A stretch of DNA of 63,841 nucleotides, counting the filler, from Conidiobolus incongruus B7586 (lineage: Eukaryota), in the NCBI GenBank assembly GCA_000697335.1. It is 6 parts of 6 records of this genome, joined end to end, with 100 filler letters (N's around TTAATTAATTAA, not from the genome) between each part and the next. Parts side by side here need not be neighbours in the genome. Positions count along the whole stretch, not along the records: positions 1 to 30,433 come from JNEM01006086.1; 5 more parts are not named here. One strand, 5' to 3'. Made by a program: the position numbers and the translations under genes. Each line of letters opens with the position of its first letter. The first letter of the stretch is position 1. This document shows, piece by piece, positions 12,526 through 25,049 of the stretch. The notes below the pieces were generated by a model, which was not told where the DNA came from, made no database searches, and was given only the letters and a program-made list of their open reading frames with translations.

Positions 12526-13892
12526 TCAACTCTGACTTGGTAAATCCGGTAACTTGTCAGAGTGATTATCTAAACCAGGTTCGTCCAACGAAGTTCTTGT
12601 GTTATTAGATGACAAATTTGATGTACTTCTTGGTGCGTTAGAAAACTGGCCGTTGCCAAGGACCCGTCCCTTTTTGTTATGTTTGAGGACAAATACAGGA
12701 CTAGCATTCGCTTCTTTAAGTTGTTGATAAAGACTCAGAGGTTTATCATCCAATCCAAGTTTTCTTTCAACATTTCCATGATAAATATAGAGACTGTAAT
12801 TCCTCCAGTCGTCATTAATTTTGTATTTTTTAAGGGCTGCAGGTATGACTTTGTGGCAAGGGTCATCTAAGTTAATTCGGAAACTTTTGTAAGCTTCGTT
12901 CTCGCGATTATTTAGACGATCACCATAGACTCTTATGGCATCCGTTGAAGGTAGATCTGGTTGTTGATGTGATTCGATTGAGGTGGAGTGACTGGAGGAA
13001 GTATGAGAGCTAAACTCATTAGAAGCACTATTGCTGGTGCTTGGAGTAGTTGTGGGGGTAGGTGAGTGTGGGGAAGGGGGAATATTAGTTGCGTGACGTG
13101 AGGATGAAGGAGAGTGCGAGGAATATGAAGGAGAATGACTAAATAATTTAGTCATAATAGGTGCCGGGCGTCTCTTTGGAATTCCACTCATTCTTTTATT
13201 ATTGGGAGAAGGAGGAGAAGCAGCAGCTCGAGTTTGTCTGAGCTCTTCTCGAAGTTTGTTAACATCCATAGAAAGTCTTGAAATTTCTTGAACAAGATGT
13301 TTAATTACCGTATCTATTATTTATAAAAAGAAAATATTAAAAATCCATCTTGTCAATTGGGATAAAATTCTACCTCTTTCTCTCAAAGCTGAAGCTAATT
13401 TAAAATCGGCAATGTTATATTTCTCAAACATATCTTCACTTAACTATTAAAATTAACTTAATTTTATATATTATTAAAATAAAAAATTATAGTACCTCTT
13501 CAATTTCAACTAAACGATTATAATAAATATATAAGAAAATGATTGAAATAAATTTAAAAATAAAAATACCTGGCGGAATATAATCTTCTGGAAAAATAGG
13601 ACTATTGAATTTTAATTTTAATTCATACACAGCTTTTAAAAACATAAGCCGCATTCCCACTGAATGAATGCCTAAATCTGCCAAACTTTCGTGATTGAGT
13701 TGAATAAGTACTTCTCCTGTTATTCCCTGTTCTATAAACAAGTAATATTAAAATCAGTAAGAAATTAGGCCAAAATAAATTTTAATTTGTAAAACCTGTA
13801 AAAATTTTTTGGTGCGTATCAAATCCTACTGTACCAAGCCAAGAGCAGACTCGATCCACAGACCATTGGGTCACTTCTTCCATTTTCGACAT
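12526..13892 (-). CDS. STE50: Ste50-like MAPK adaptor (N-terminal SAM, C-terminal RA domain), multi-exon
   Basis: MSKMEEVTQWSVDRVCSWL...EQGITGEVLIQLNHESLADLGIHSVGMRL (SAM). YKSFRINLDDPCHKVIPAALKKYKINDDWRNYSLYIYHGNVERKLGLDDKPL (Ste50 RA). Confidence 0.88.
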
Positions 13893-14277
13893 TTTGAGTT
13901 ATATAATAAATAATATTTGCTGTATAAAAATTGAGAAATTGAAATATATTATTAAGAGTAATTGATATTTTACCAATTTAAAAAAGCATTATATGAATGA
14001 AGTAAAAGTAGCGCCTATTAGTACTCAATAAATGCCTTAGCATTAACAAACAGTGACTATTTGGCTAAATACCTCACTATGACAAACAATAGCAATTATA
14101 CATTTGGATCCCATAAAAATTTTAAATTTTCATTCTACAAATTCTCTGTTTGTTTGATATCATTCCCTTAATTTAGTGCAATTTAATAGTATTAAATTCA
14201 TTAATAAAATAGTTATCAAGTCATTAAAGATTTTTAATTATATATATATATTGGGTATTAAAACACCGATAACCAAC

Positions 14278-16735
14278 ATGGAGAATAATCAAGTTAATAA
14301 ATCTATTTCAGAAGTTCAAATACTCAAAGATGGATTAGATTTTTTATTCCAAAGACTCCAATTTGTTAATCAAACACTTGCTGGCTTGCCTTCAGATATT
14401 TCATCACAAAGAGTATTAGATCTTGATTTAGATCAACAATTGAGTACTATATCAGATCGACTTTATAGAACTTCAAGCTCTATAATAGAATTGGCTAGTG
14501 GTAAAGGAAAAGAACAACTTAAGCCCAGTTTTGAAGATTTGCTTGAAGGTCAATTATCCGTTTTGACTGATGTAACTGATTCACTTTTCGAAAGAGTTGT
14601 AAGTATTAATGTTAAAAATGATCAGTTTTCAGATTTAATTAAGCTTTATATAGGATATTGGTTTAGACCACATTAGAGCGCAAGCAAATTCTTCTGAAAG
14701 AGCAGGCTTCTCCTTACAAAAGCAAAATTTTGTTACAACTTTCCAACCCAGTGAAAATAGTCAAAAAGGCCCTCTAAAGGTTCTTGCTGCAAAAAATTTA
14801 AATAGACCTCAGGTTTTTTTCACGGATAAAATAGATAATTCAGCTTCTACTCACTTTGTGTCTTGGGTATATCGTTATATGTCTAAACCACATTCCATTG
14901 TTCCTTTAGATAATAGTAAATACTTTAATAATTGTTCTATTCTTTTTATTAATGATTTGTTTTTAGTTTTACCTCCTTTATTCGAGAAACCGTTAGAAGA
15001 AATTACCATATACGACCTCGAATCTAAATCTTTACCACATCCATACGAATACGAAATTCGAAATCATCAACCCCCCGAATCTCTTTTAACCAAAGACGAT
15101 GTTTGCCCTTCTCAAGTTATGGAAGAAACAATTTTACATTACATTGAAACCGTTGAGCAATTGGAAGAAATACTCCCTAAATTGCTTGAAGCTAAAGAAT
15201 TAGCTATTGATTTGGAACATCACGATTATTTGACGTATCAAGGGTTTACTTGTTTAATGCAAATTAGTACCAGAACTGAAGATTTCATTATAGACACCTT
15301 GAAATTGAGAAAAGAATTATTTGTTCTTAATCAAGCTTTTGCTAATCCACAAATTGTGAAAGTGTTACATGGTGCTGATTTTGATGTTCTTTGGTTGCAA
15401 AGAGATTTCGGGCTTTACCTTGTTGGTTTATTTGATACTTATCAGGCTGCTAAACTCTTAAATATACAACAAAAGTCTTTAGCCTATTTACTCAAGACTT
15501 TCATTGGTTTTGAAGCTGATAAAAAATATCAATTAGCTGATTGGAGAATTCGCCCCTTAACAAAAGAAATGATTAATTATGCTAGAGCTGATACCCATTT
15601 CCTCCTTGAAATTTACGATCACTTAAAGATTGAACTTTTCAATAATTCTCAACCTAATCACCCCAACCAATTGTATACCGTGTTAGATTGGTCCCAAGAA
15701 GTTGCTCTTAAAAAGTACGAAAAGCCTGTCCTTGATTTTGAAAATGGCTTGGGAACTGGCGGATGGGCTAAAATTCTTAATAAGTTCAATGTGCCACTCA
15801 CACCAAAACAATTTGAAGCTTTCCGCTCTTTACATCGCTGGAGAGATATGATTGCTCGTCAGCAAGATGATAGTGTTAAATACGTTCTTCCAGATCATTT
15901 ATTGATTAAGTTTGCTCAAAATATGCCTGCTACTGCTGCTGATGTATTCAAATTGTGTGATGTTGTACCTAATATTGTTAGATCCGATGCCACTGAAATT
16001 GTCAATATTATTAACGAAGCCAAACAGACAACATTAATGGAGCCAGAACCTGTACTTGATGCAACTAAAATACCAATCTCAACTGTTACCACTGCTGTTG
16101 CAAGCATCTCTATTGACTCCGAAAAACCTCTTCGACCACTTACTGAAGTACTCCCACCCAATTTAGTTGTCACACATCTTACTAAATCACACTCTCAACT
16201 TTTTGGAGCTAACTATGGATTTACTGACAATTTCCATGTCATTCAAAGGAATGCTCAAGTGGACCAAATTTTATCCAATTTGAGATTCTCGCCACTTCCC
16301 GATAATGTCAAAATCATATTTGATCAAGTTTCCAATTCTGATGATGAAATTGTTTACAAGAAGCCCAAGACAGCTCCTACTGAAGAGAAGACAATCATCG
16401 CCGAGCAGAAAGTATATCAACTCTCCGCATCTGTTGAAACAACAAAACCAAACGAAGCCTTGATCTCAGAGCCCCAAATCCATCTCGGTGCCGAGAATAC
16501 TATTAATCCTGATGATGTCATTCCATCCAGTGGATATGACTACGAGGCCGCATTGAAAAATATGGCTCAGGATCTCGCCACACCCGCACCTAAAAAGTCC
16601 AAGTTTGTTAACAATACCAAAAACAGCTTTAACCCTCAGAATGAGGTCATAGATACAATCCCTCAGCCCAAAAAGAAACCTAACTATAACGAGAAGGGGA
16701 ACAGAAGTTTAACAATTCAGAAAGGTAGAAAGTGA
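14278..16735 (+). CDS. RRP6: Exosome 3'-5' exonuclease Rrp6/EXOSC10
   Basis: AIDLEHH, GFTCLMQISTR, LHGADFDVLWLQRDFGLY, YQLADWRIRPL, YARADTHFLL, and HRDC domain (WRDMIARQQDDSVKYVLPDH). Introns at about 14599-14652 and 14916-14966. Confidence 0.96.
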
Positions 16736-17052
16736 AATAATTTGTCAATAGAGTTTGCAAAATCGTGATTTTTCCTTTTATATACATTTTTGAAATAATT
16801 TAGAATAGACTATTTGTTAATAAATTAGTTATAGTATTTAATTCATAATTAAATACAATGTATTTATTCAAATATAATAAAACATGTTGAATACTATTCA
16901 AAAATTATCTTAATACGAAGTTGATTATTTCATTTTAATTGAAGCTATAATGCTTTTTTATAAATAAATGAAAAATCATAAATTCTATAACTATTTTGCT
17001 ATTTTATAAATTATTTTAATATATGATTTGGTAAAATTACCAATATTATTTA

Positions 17053-18577
17053 TTATCGCAAAATTTCTTTTCCATTAATCAATTGATAACCGTTCAAAAA
17101 TTCTTTAACATGGATTTTACGTTTGTTAGATACATGAACTTGATCAACGATGAGAAATTCGTTAGGATTTAAAGTACTAATGACCAAGTATTGATGATCG
17201 TTAGTAAAGTAAAGAGTTCCAGGTGGTGAATTGGATTTGATTTTAATTGACTTTAAATCAATTCTGGATGAATCGTCAATTGGAAATAGTTGAATGGTTT
17301 GATTTCTAAATTCAGCAAATAATGAAAACTATAAAGGAACAATATATTATTACAATTTCTATTAATTATGTTATGGTATTAACTACCTTCCAGCCCAATA
17401 TTCTAAATTTTTTCATAATCAAATGAATATCATCTTCTTGCCAATTAATTTTCATAAATTCTTTCTCGAATTTTTTGGCGTAGGTAATTTGACTAGTATT
17501 TTGTAACTTGGCATTCATCTATTCCAAACACATTAATCTTAGTAATCTCAATGAAATGGAGCCATTATTACCTTGAAGTGTTCCAAATCGTCGATAGTTT
17601 CAACTAACATATCAGCACCCATTAAACCCAACTTTTCATACATATCCAAATAGTAGGGATTGTTGGGAATTATCTAAATCAGCCATTTAAACAAATGAAT
17701 TGTTGAATATATTCCTTGATATTGATTACCATAGTTTTTTGATTTAATATTTTACCAGCATCGAATTTTTCAGTGGATAATTCTTGCACCGTGACACCTG
17801 TCTCTTTTTCTTCGTTGAATAAGGTATGGAAGATAGGAGCTGCTCCACGATATCTACAAATATATTAATTAATCAACAATATATTCAAATATGTTATACT
17901 GTTATTACTTTGGCAATAGCGAAGGATGAACATTTAATCCACCTTGGGGAAACTTGGTCAAAATTCTTGTAGGAATAAAATACCCAAACGATACAGCAAT
18001 TGCTAAATCGTATTTCTTGTGGTTGAAATCTGGTATCTATCAATGATAATTTTTTATATTGATAAAGTATAATTAGATTGGATTACCTCCCAATCTCCAA
18101 ATTTTTTGGGTGGTGGATGAACTACTGATAATGAATGTTTTTCAGCAAATGTTTTTAATGGGGCTAATATTTGAAACTTGTTAATCAGTATTTTTACCAA
18201 TCAGAATCAAATATTATTGAATTACCTGGTGTAATGATTTTATAACCTCTTCCCGTTCTAGAGTCTGGAGGTGTTACCACATCAATAAGATTGATTCTAC
18301 TGTTAAAGTTATCTAAATCATTATGAATAATTAGTTTTTAGTTTTTTAATATTTACTAAGTTAATAAACCTCTATAATGTAATAATTTCTCTAAGCTATA
18401 TTGTGAGAATTGGTCAGTGCCAAAGAAACAAATATTGAATTTCTAAAGAATGGTTATATTAATTTGTATATTGATATAATAAATTTTATTTACATTTTTT
18501 AAAGTTGAATAGCATTGAATTTGGCAAATGTCGGGAATCAATTTTAATTGGACTCTTGACTTGAGGGTTAATAACAT
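17053..18577 (-). CDS. FMT1: Mitochondrial methionyl-tRNA formyltransferase, about 9 exons
   Basis: Spliced minus-strand exons give DVVTPPDSRTGRG, IAVSFGYFIP, GGLNVHPSLLPK|YRGAAPI, ETGVTVQELSTEKFDAGKILNQ, YAKKFEK. About eight 50-60 bp GT-AG introns. Not in the ORF track. Confidence 0.9.
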
Positions 18578-18905
18578 TATTGTCGATATAATCGATTATT
18601 ATTAAATTTATTAATATATTTTATCTAATTGATATGGTTCAATAAATATTGTAAATATTTGTTTTTAATTGTTATATAAAAATTTATCCTCAATAGATAG
18701 TCCATTATTTATGATTTTTCAATATTTGGATTTTTATGGGATTGTAATTTTGAAACGATTATAAATTCAATTAAAGTCTTTTTTTTCTTTATCCACTAAT
18801 ATCTTTTGTAAATTTAAATTTCATTATTAATCCAGCTTTATCTAAGATTTTTTAAACTAGAATTTTATTTATTAGCCAAATAGTTAATCCAATACATTTA
18901 ATTAT

Positions 18906-21900
18906 ATGACAAAAGCTGTCGATTTAACAGATTCACCACTAGTATCGCCAAAACCCATTCTAGTCGCTGGTCATCAAAATAGTGTAAACGAGTTAAGACG
19001 TGAAGACAGTGCTCAATCTCAAATTACAAATAGAACAACATCTCAAGGAACATTTAGTGAGCAAGAGTCCAATAACTCTAGTTTAAATTGGCTCAATGAC
19101 CAATTTGATATACATCAATCTATGGAATTGCAAACTAATAACTATAAAGTCAAAACTTTCGACTTAACTTTTGACTCGGATGATGAAGGAATAAATAAAA
19201 TTTCTTATACTCAGATTACTCTAATCACTAGTAATAATAATGAGAATATGGATAAAAATCAAGAGCCACTTATCAAAAAATTAAGGACTGATAACTTTTC
19301 ATGTATTACATAGCATTTATTTTCATTTTACCCTTAGCTAACATGTTAAATATTCTCTATAGTTCGTCCTAAAAGGCCTTCACCAAGGTTCATTTTTAGC
19401 TCTTTCACAAAACCTTTTAATTCTGAGCAGCCAGCAACGGGTGATCAAGTATCCACAAAGCCTCTACCTGAAGTAAAATCTCACGAAAGCAACTCATCAC
19501 AAGGAATTTCCAACAATTTCAGCTTTATTGAATCCGAACCCAGCGTCTTATCACCTAAAATCTTGAATAATATGAAACTTTTAGAATCCAATCGAGGGGG
19601 TAAATCTGACCAACTGGTAAAGATGAAGGAGTATTTGGACGAAATGAATTTACGTGAATCTGAGAGCTTAAACGCTGATATGAATGGTCAATTACAAAAA
19701 ATTTCGGGTGAGTTGTTGATCTCGCTGTAAAATAGGAATTGTGTCAAGGATCATCAATTCAGCTGTGATAATGACGATCCAGTGATTGCTACAAAAAGAT
19801 CTGGGCCTCAAAATGCTAAAAAATATACACTTGATGACAATAATTCAGGTATAAAAATACCTAATCAACCTTATTGTGTATATTTAATCCCAATACATTT
19901 ATAATTTTAGACAAAAATAATTCTCTCAATGGAGCTGAAAATAATTCACCATATATTAGTTTAGCAAATCGAATCAAATTCAAAAGGGTACTAGAGATCA
20001 GCGACTATGAAGATGGGAGTGAGAATGTGTGCTCTGACGAAACTCGAAGTGAGGATGAAGGAAATGAAGACTTAGGTATCTACTCTACTAATTACTCAAC
20101 TCCATTATCTAAATATTGCTCCCTCTTATATAGCTAACTTTGTAGCAGATGATGATTCTGTTGACTATGAAGAACAATTTGTGTCGTCTGACTCTGACAG
20201 AAACTCAGTTATTTATGTCGAATCGGATTACGATCCTGAAGAACCCCTTATCTATGCCAAAGATCCGAAAGAATTGTTCATTAAGTTTTTCTCAGCCCCC
20301 AAGCTTAACTCTGCGCTTCAGCCGATTACTCCTCTTGAATTGAAGCAGATGCGAGTTGCAGTAACCCCGAAAAATCTCAAAGTAGATCTATTAGATCATC
20401 AGGTCAGAGGAGTCGATTGGATGATGTCGCAAGAGTTATCTGAACATCGAGGTGGAATTTTAGCCGACGATATGGGTTTAGGAAAAACACTACAAACTAT
20501 ATGTTTGATATTGAATCATCGACCAAAAAGAAAAGAACCTAAGCCCACTCTAGTCATCGTTCCAGTATCTCTATTAAATCAGTGGCAAAAAGAAATTCGA
20601 GCAAAAACCAAAAGGGGATTGAATGCCAAAGATTTATCCATTTTTGTTCATCACGGCTCCACCAAATCCAAAAACAGCAAAAAATTTCAGCATTATGATA
20701 TCGTATTAACTACTTATAATCAAGTATCTGAGGAATTTGCTCCTAAAATCCGCGAACAAAAGAATAATAAGGTAAGAAGCGAAGCTCGAACAAGAACTGT
20801 ACATGGTCCTCTTCATGAGGGCACTTACTATAGAGTTGTTCTGGATGAGGCACAGTATATCAAGAACATGGAGTCAAAGACTGCCAAAGCTTGTTGCAAC
20901 CTCAAGACCAAATATCGCTGGTGTCTTAGCGGAACACCACTTCAAAATAATACTCAGGAGGCGTATTCGCTAATTAAGTTTTTGAGAATTAAGCCCTGCA
21001 ACTATATTAATCTATTCCAAAGCCATATTGATAATTTGATCACTTACAACAAACGAAGCGAAGTGGGTTTAAAACGCTTACACCTGGTTCTCCAATCCAT
21101 TATGCTCAGAAGGACTAAAACATCCGAATTATTAGGCAAGCAATTGCTCGAGTTGCCACCCCGCAATGTCCAGCAGCGCAAAGTCCAATTCACTCCATTT
21201 GAGAGGAGAGCGCACGATGCACTCGCTTCCAAATGTATGGAAAAGTTCAACGAACTTTTGGAAGCAAATGAAGTGCGGTCTCATTTCACCTATGTCCTTG
21301 TGCTCTTGCTGAGAATGCGCCAAGCATGTGATCACCTCAAGTTGGTACAAGATTCGATTAAAGAGAATGCTTGCGACGATTTGGATGAATGGAACGAAAA
21401 TAGTGTCCTCCTTCAAGAACAGGTAGACAAGGAGCTTGGATTGACTAGAATTCCAGGTTCTATATCATCATCTGCTAAAATTGAAGCATTGATAGCTAAA
21501 TTACAAGAGATCAATGAAACTGATCCTACTGGTAAAGTGATTATCTTTTCTCAGGTAATTCATTTTTGTATTCCATGAGTTATAATCCTTATCTCTAATT
21601 TAGTTTACCAAAATGCTGGACATTATTGAACCCGAATTGGCATCTAACAAGATTCAATTTACCAGACGTAAGTCGACAGTTTTAATAATAACCTATTACT
21701 GACTCAATCATAGTGGACGGAGCAATGAGAGCTGAAGAAAGACAATACGCAAAAGAAAAGTTACAGAAGAGTCTCAATACCAAAGTCATGCTCATCAGTT
21801 TGAGAGCGGGGTCTGTTGGCCTTAATTTGAATTTCGCAAACTACGTAATCCTTATGGACGTATGGTGGAATCCAATGGTTGAAGAGCAAGCAATCGATCG

Positions 21901-22142
21901 TGTCCATCGTATCGGTCAGAAGAATGCCGTTCACGTGTTCCGAATCACTGTAGAGAATACTATCGAAGATAAGATTATGGAGTTGCAAGAGAGAAAAGTA
22001 AGCATATTTAATTATATTCTAACTTGTTGCTAATTAGTATTGTTAGCGATTAATTGCTCAAGGAGCTCTCTCTGGTAAATTGACAGATTTCCAAATCCAA
22101 AAATTGAATGAAAAGGATTTGATGTTTTTATTTGGAGATTAA
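18906..22142 (+). CDS. Snf2-family ATPase (Rad5/16-Uls1/Lodestar-like) with long acidic low-complexity N-terminus, multi-exon
   Basis: HQVRGVDWM, GGILADDMGLGKT, DIVLTTY, RVVLDEAQYIKN, RWCLSGTPLQN, MLRRTK, LLRMRQACDH, KVIIFSQ|FT, SLRAGSVGLNL, WWNPMVEEQAIDRVHRIGQ. About 7 introns. Confidence 0.9.
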
Positions 22143-22518
22143 TAATATTATCAGTTTTATTGCATTAATTATATATCTTATCTATTTTATCTAATATATT
22201 GTAATAACAAATTTATAATATTCAATAAAATCAAGTTATTACTGATATCATTACATTATTTTAAGGAATATCTTACATTATTGAGCTAACAATTAGGTAT
22301 ACTTTTCAATTCTATTTTAATTGTATTTAATATTGATTTTAAATAAATCCAATATAAAAATTTCAAAGGTTCATTAAATTTTATCTATCCCAAACATAAT
22401 AGTACTATTTAAAGGAGGATATTATTTATAAACTAATATTTAAATTAAATAAGTGTAGAATGTGAAAATAATTTATAGCTAGAATAAACACAATTTACTT
22501 AAATATACAAACGATTAT

Positions 22519-23760
22519 TTATGAAGTGAAAAAGGGATAGCTCTGGGGCGGAAGAGGAGGAGGAGAGCTACTAATAGGTCTGTGTAAAGCGTGGTCCACA
22601 CCTTGTAATAATGTCGATGTTTTTTGGATGAGAGTATTCAACTGTTGAACTTGCTGTTCCAACTCCTCCCTATAACCCAATAACGCTCTATGGCTCATAT
22701 TGGAGGGTGGTAAATTCGGCGAGATGTGAGGCGAGATGGGAGCCAAATTCATACCTGGTGTGTAGAAAGACTGAATGGAGGGTAATGTGATATTGGATCT
22801 GGGCTGAGGATTATAGCTAGGCATAATATAGTCTTGTTGATGGAATACGGTGGACACGCTTGGGTTTAAATGAGACAAATCGTCGCTAGACTGTGGTTCA
22901 TTAACAGAAGTGTGTGATATCGATTCCAAGCTTTGAGGAGAGTGGTAAGGTGTTTCGAATTCATTTTCGGGGAATTCAATAATGTATTTGGGCAGACAAT
23001 CGTCTTGCTTCTGAGCCATCTTCTTTCTGACAATGAAATCTTCAATAGCTGGCACGTCGTTAACTTTGAAAGTCGACATCGAATGAGTCATATTGTTTAT
23101 CGAACTGGTCATGTGATGATTCTGAGCATTATCAGATGAAGGATGAGTTATGTCACCCATTTCTGAAGATTCTCCATCCCAATTATTACCTTCTTGGCCC
23201 AATTGAAATTGAGTAAAGCGCTTACGGCGCTTAATCACCGTCTTTTTTAAACTGACCGGACGATGTGTTTTATGAAGTTTGTAATATAGTCCACAAGCAT
23301 TACAGATAGTAGCGCCGGTATCATCTCTTCTCCAAAGGGGGGTCGTTGTAGCGGAGCAATTAGCACATACTGTATTTTGTTTAGCGACGTTGCTCTGGTG
23401 AAATGCTGGACAGCCAGCACAAGATGCGGAGCCACCAGTTCCATTACAGTGGCCATCACCGGCACAAGAGCCACCTTGTTTAGATGCGGAGGAGGAGCAC
23501 GAAGTTTTTTGGGTAGGTTTTTTAAGTCGATTGGGACGATCGGATTTATTGGACTTGAGGTAAAGGCCACAAGCGTTACAAACGGTTGATCCGTCGGGAG
23601 CTCTTCTCCATAATGGAGTATGATCAGTACCACAATTGGCACAGTGTGTAGGTCCAAGCTTTGATTGTTTAACAGGCCTCGACTGCTTGTTTGAAGAGCA
23701 AGCGTCATCCATGGACAAACGTTTCTGTAACGATGATTCGGCAAATGATTGACCAGTCAT
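22519..23760 (-). CDS. sreA: Iron-responsive GATA repressor of the SreA/Urbs1/Fep1 family
   Basis: Two CANC-x-TPLWRR-x-CNACGLY zinc fingers flank the Cys-rich GSCAGDGHCNGTGGSASCAGCP iron-sensing motif. C-terminal coiled coil (YREELEQQVQQLNTL). Confidence 0.93.
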   Translation of the reverse strand: MTGQSFAESSLQKRLSMDDACSSNKQSRPVKQSKLGPTHCANCGTDHTPLWRRAPDGSTVCNACGLYLKSNKSDRPNRLKKPTQKTSCSSSASKQGGSCAGDGHCNGTGGSASCAGCPAFHQSNVAKQNTVCANCSATTTPLWRRDDTGATICNACGLYYKLHKTHRPVSLKKTVIKRRKRFTQFQLGQEGNNWDGESSEMGDITHPSSDNAQNHHMTSSINNMTHSMSTFKVNDVPAIEDFIVRKKMAQKQDDCLPKYIIEFPENEFETPYHSPQSLESISHTSVNEPQSSDDLSHLNPSVSTVFHQQDYIMPSYNPQPRSNITLPSIQSFYTPGMNLAPISPHISPNLPPSNMSHRALLGYREELEQQVQQLNTLIQKTSTLLQGVDHALHRPISSSPPPLPPQSYPFFTS

Positions 23761-23818
23761 TTTAGCACAAATCTAATAACAATACACAAAAAATAAAAAG
23801 AAAAATATTAATTAAATT

Positions 23819-24747
23819 TTATCAGATGAAATTAACCTAATTTATATGATTTGTTCTAGTGTTAAGAACTTAATGAATATTAAAAAATTATCAGATGAAA
23901 ACTTTAAAGAGTTTTAATTGGTCAATTTATAATTTTAAATTTAATTTGTGGAAATTAGTATTCTTATCAGATTGACATTTTATGTGAATATTGAACCTTT
24001 AAAGAGTATTGATGTGTAATCCTTGAGTAATTGTTATAGAAAATGATTGATCTAAAAAATTGAATAATTACCTAAATTGTTATTCATCTGATAAAACTTA
24101 AAGAATTATCAGATAAATTTTTGTTAAATAGATAGAGTAATATATATAACCACTTTGAGAATGATTTGGATTCTAAATAAGAAACTAAATATATATATAT
24201 ATATATTTATAATGTTTAAAATATATTGACATTCCAATACTAGTTTTTTAATATTCATTTAGACATTCTCATATTAGGGTGTATATTTAAGTTATCATTA
24301 TAAATTTCGAAATACAAAAATAAACACTATATAACATGCAATATCCTTATTAAGATTATTTTAATCATTAATATGCTAATATTAATAATAGAAACTCAAT
24401 TCAGTTATACTAACTTTTAATAAAATTTTATGTCAAACTGCTTGACTATTAATTTGTAAAATGTCTATAAAATAAATTAATTTATAAAATGATAAGATAA
24501 TTATTATACAATCTATAAATTGCAGAATAATAGTAAATAAAATCTTTAACTATAATTTATTGAAATACTAAAACCTAATATGACCTTTAAATTTTATAAT
24601 AATAAGTTTCATGTTATATCTTCAATTTAAATCATTTTTTACTTTTGGGTATTTGATTGGAATTTTGTGAAAAATATAATATATTTATATCCAAAGATGA
24701 TTACTAATTAATATAATTTGTTATATATATATTAATTAATCTGATAA
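23819..24747. promoter_or_regulatory. Cluster of ATC(A/T)GATAA SreA-type boxes upstream of sreA
   Basis: Exact 9-mers on either strand at 23819, 23888, 23964, 24086, 24106 (TTATCAGATAA, reads both ways) and 24739. Confidence 0.7.
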
Positions 24748-25049
24748 ACTTTTTTTACTTTGTAATAATAATTTTGATATTTTCACTGATTCTTAATCTA
24801 ATATTTTATATTAATTTTAGACAATAGCTATAAATATTCATTGTTTGTTAAATATGTAATTATTTATTTTGATATATAATAAAGTATTTATTAATAATAT
24901 TGCCAATAAGAATTTATTGTTATTAGAAACTTTAATTTCCTAGTCCTATATATATTAACTTGAATTAATTTTACCTTTTAATTGGAAATTAATAATAAAA
25001 TAAAAAGGAATCATATTCCTAAAACAAATAAAAAAACATACTTAGAAAA

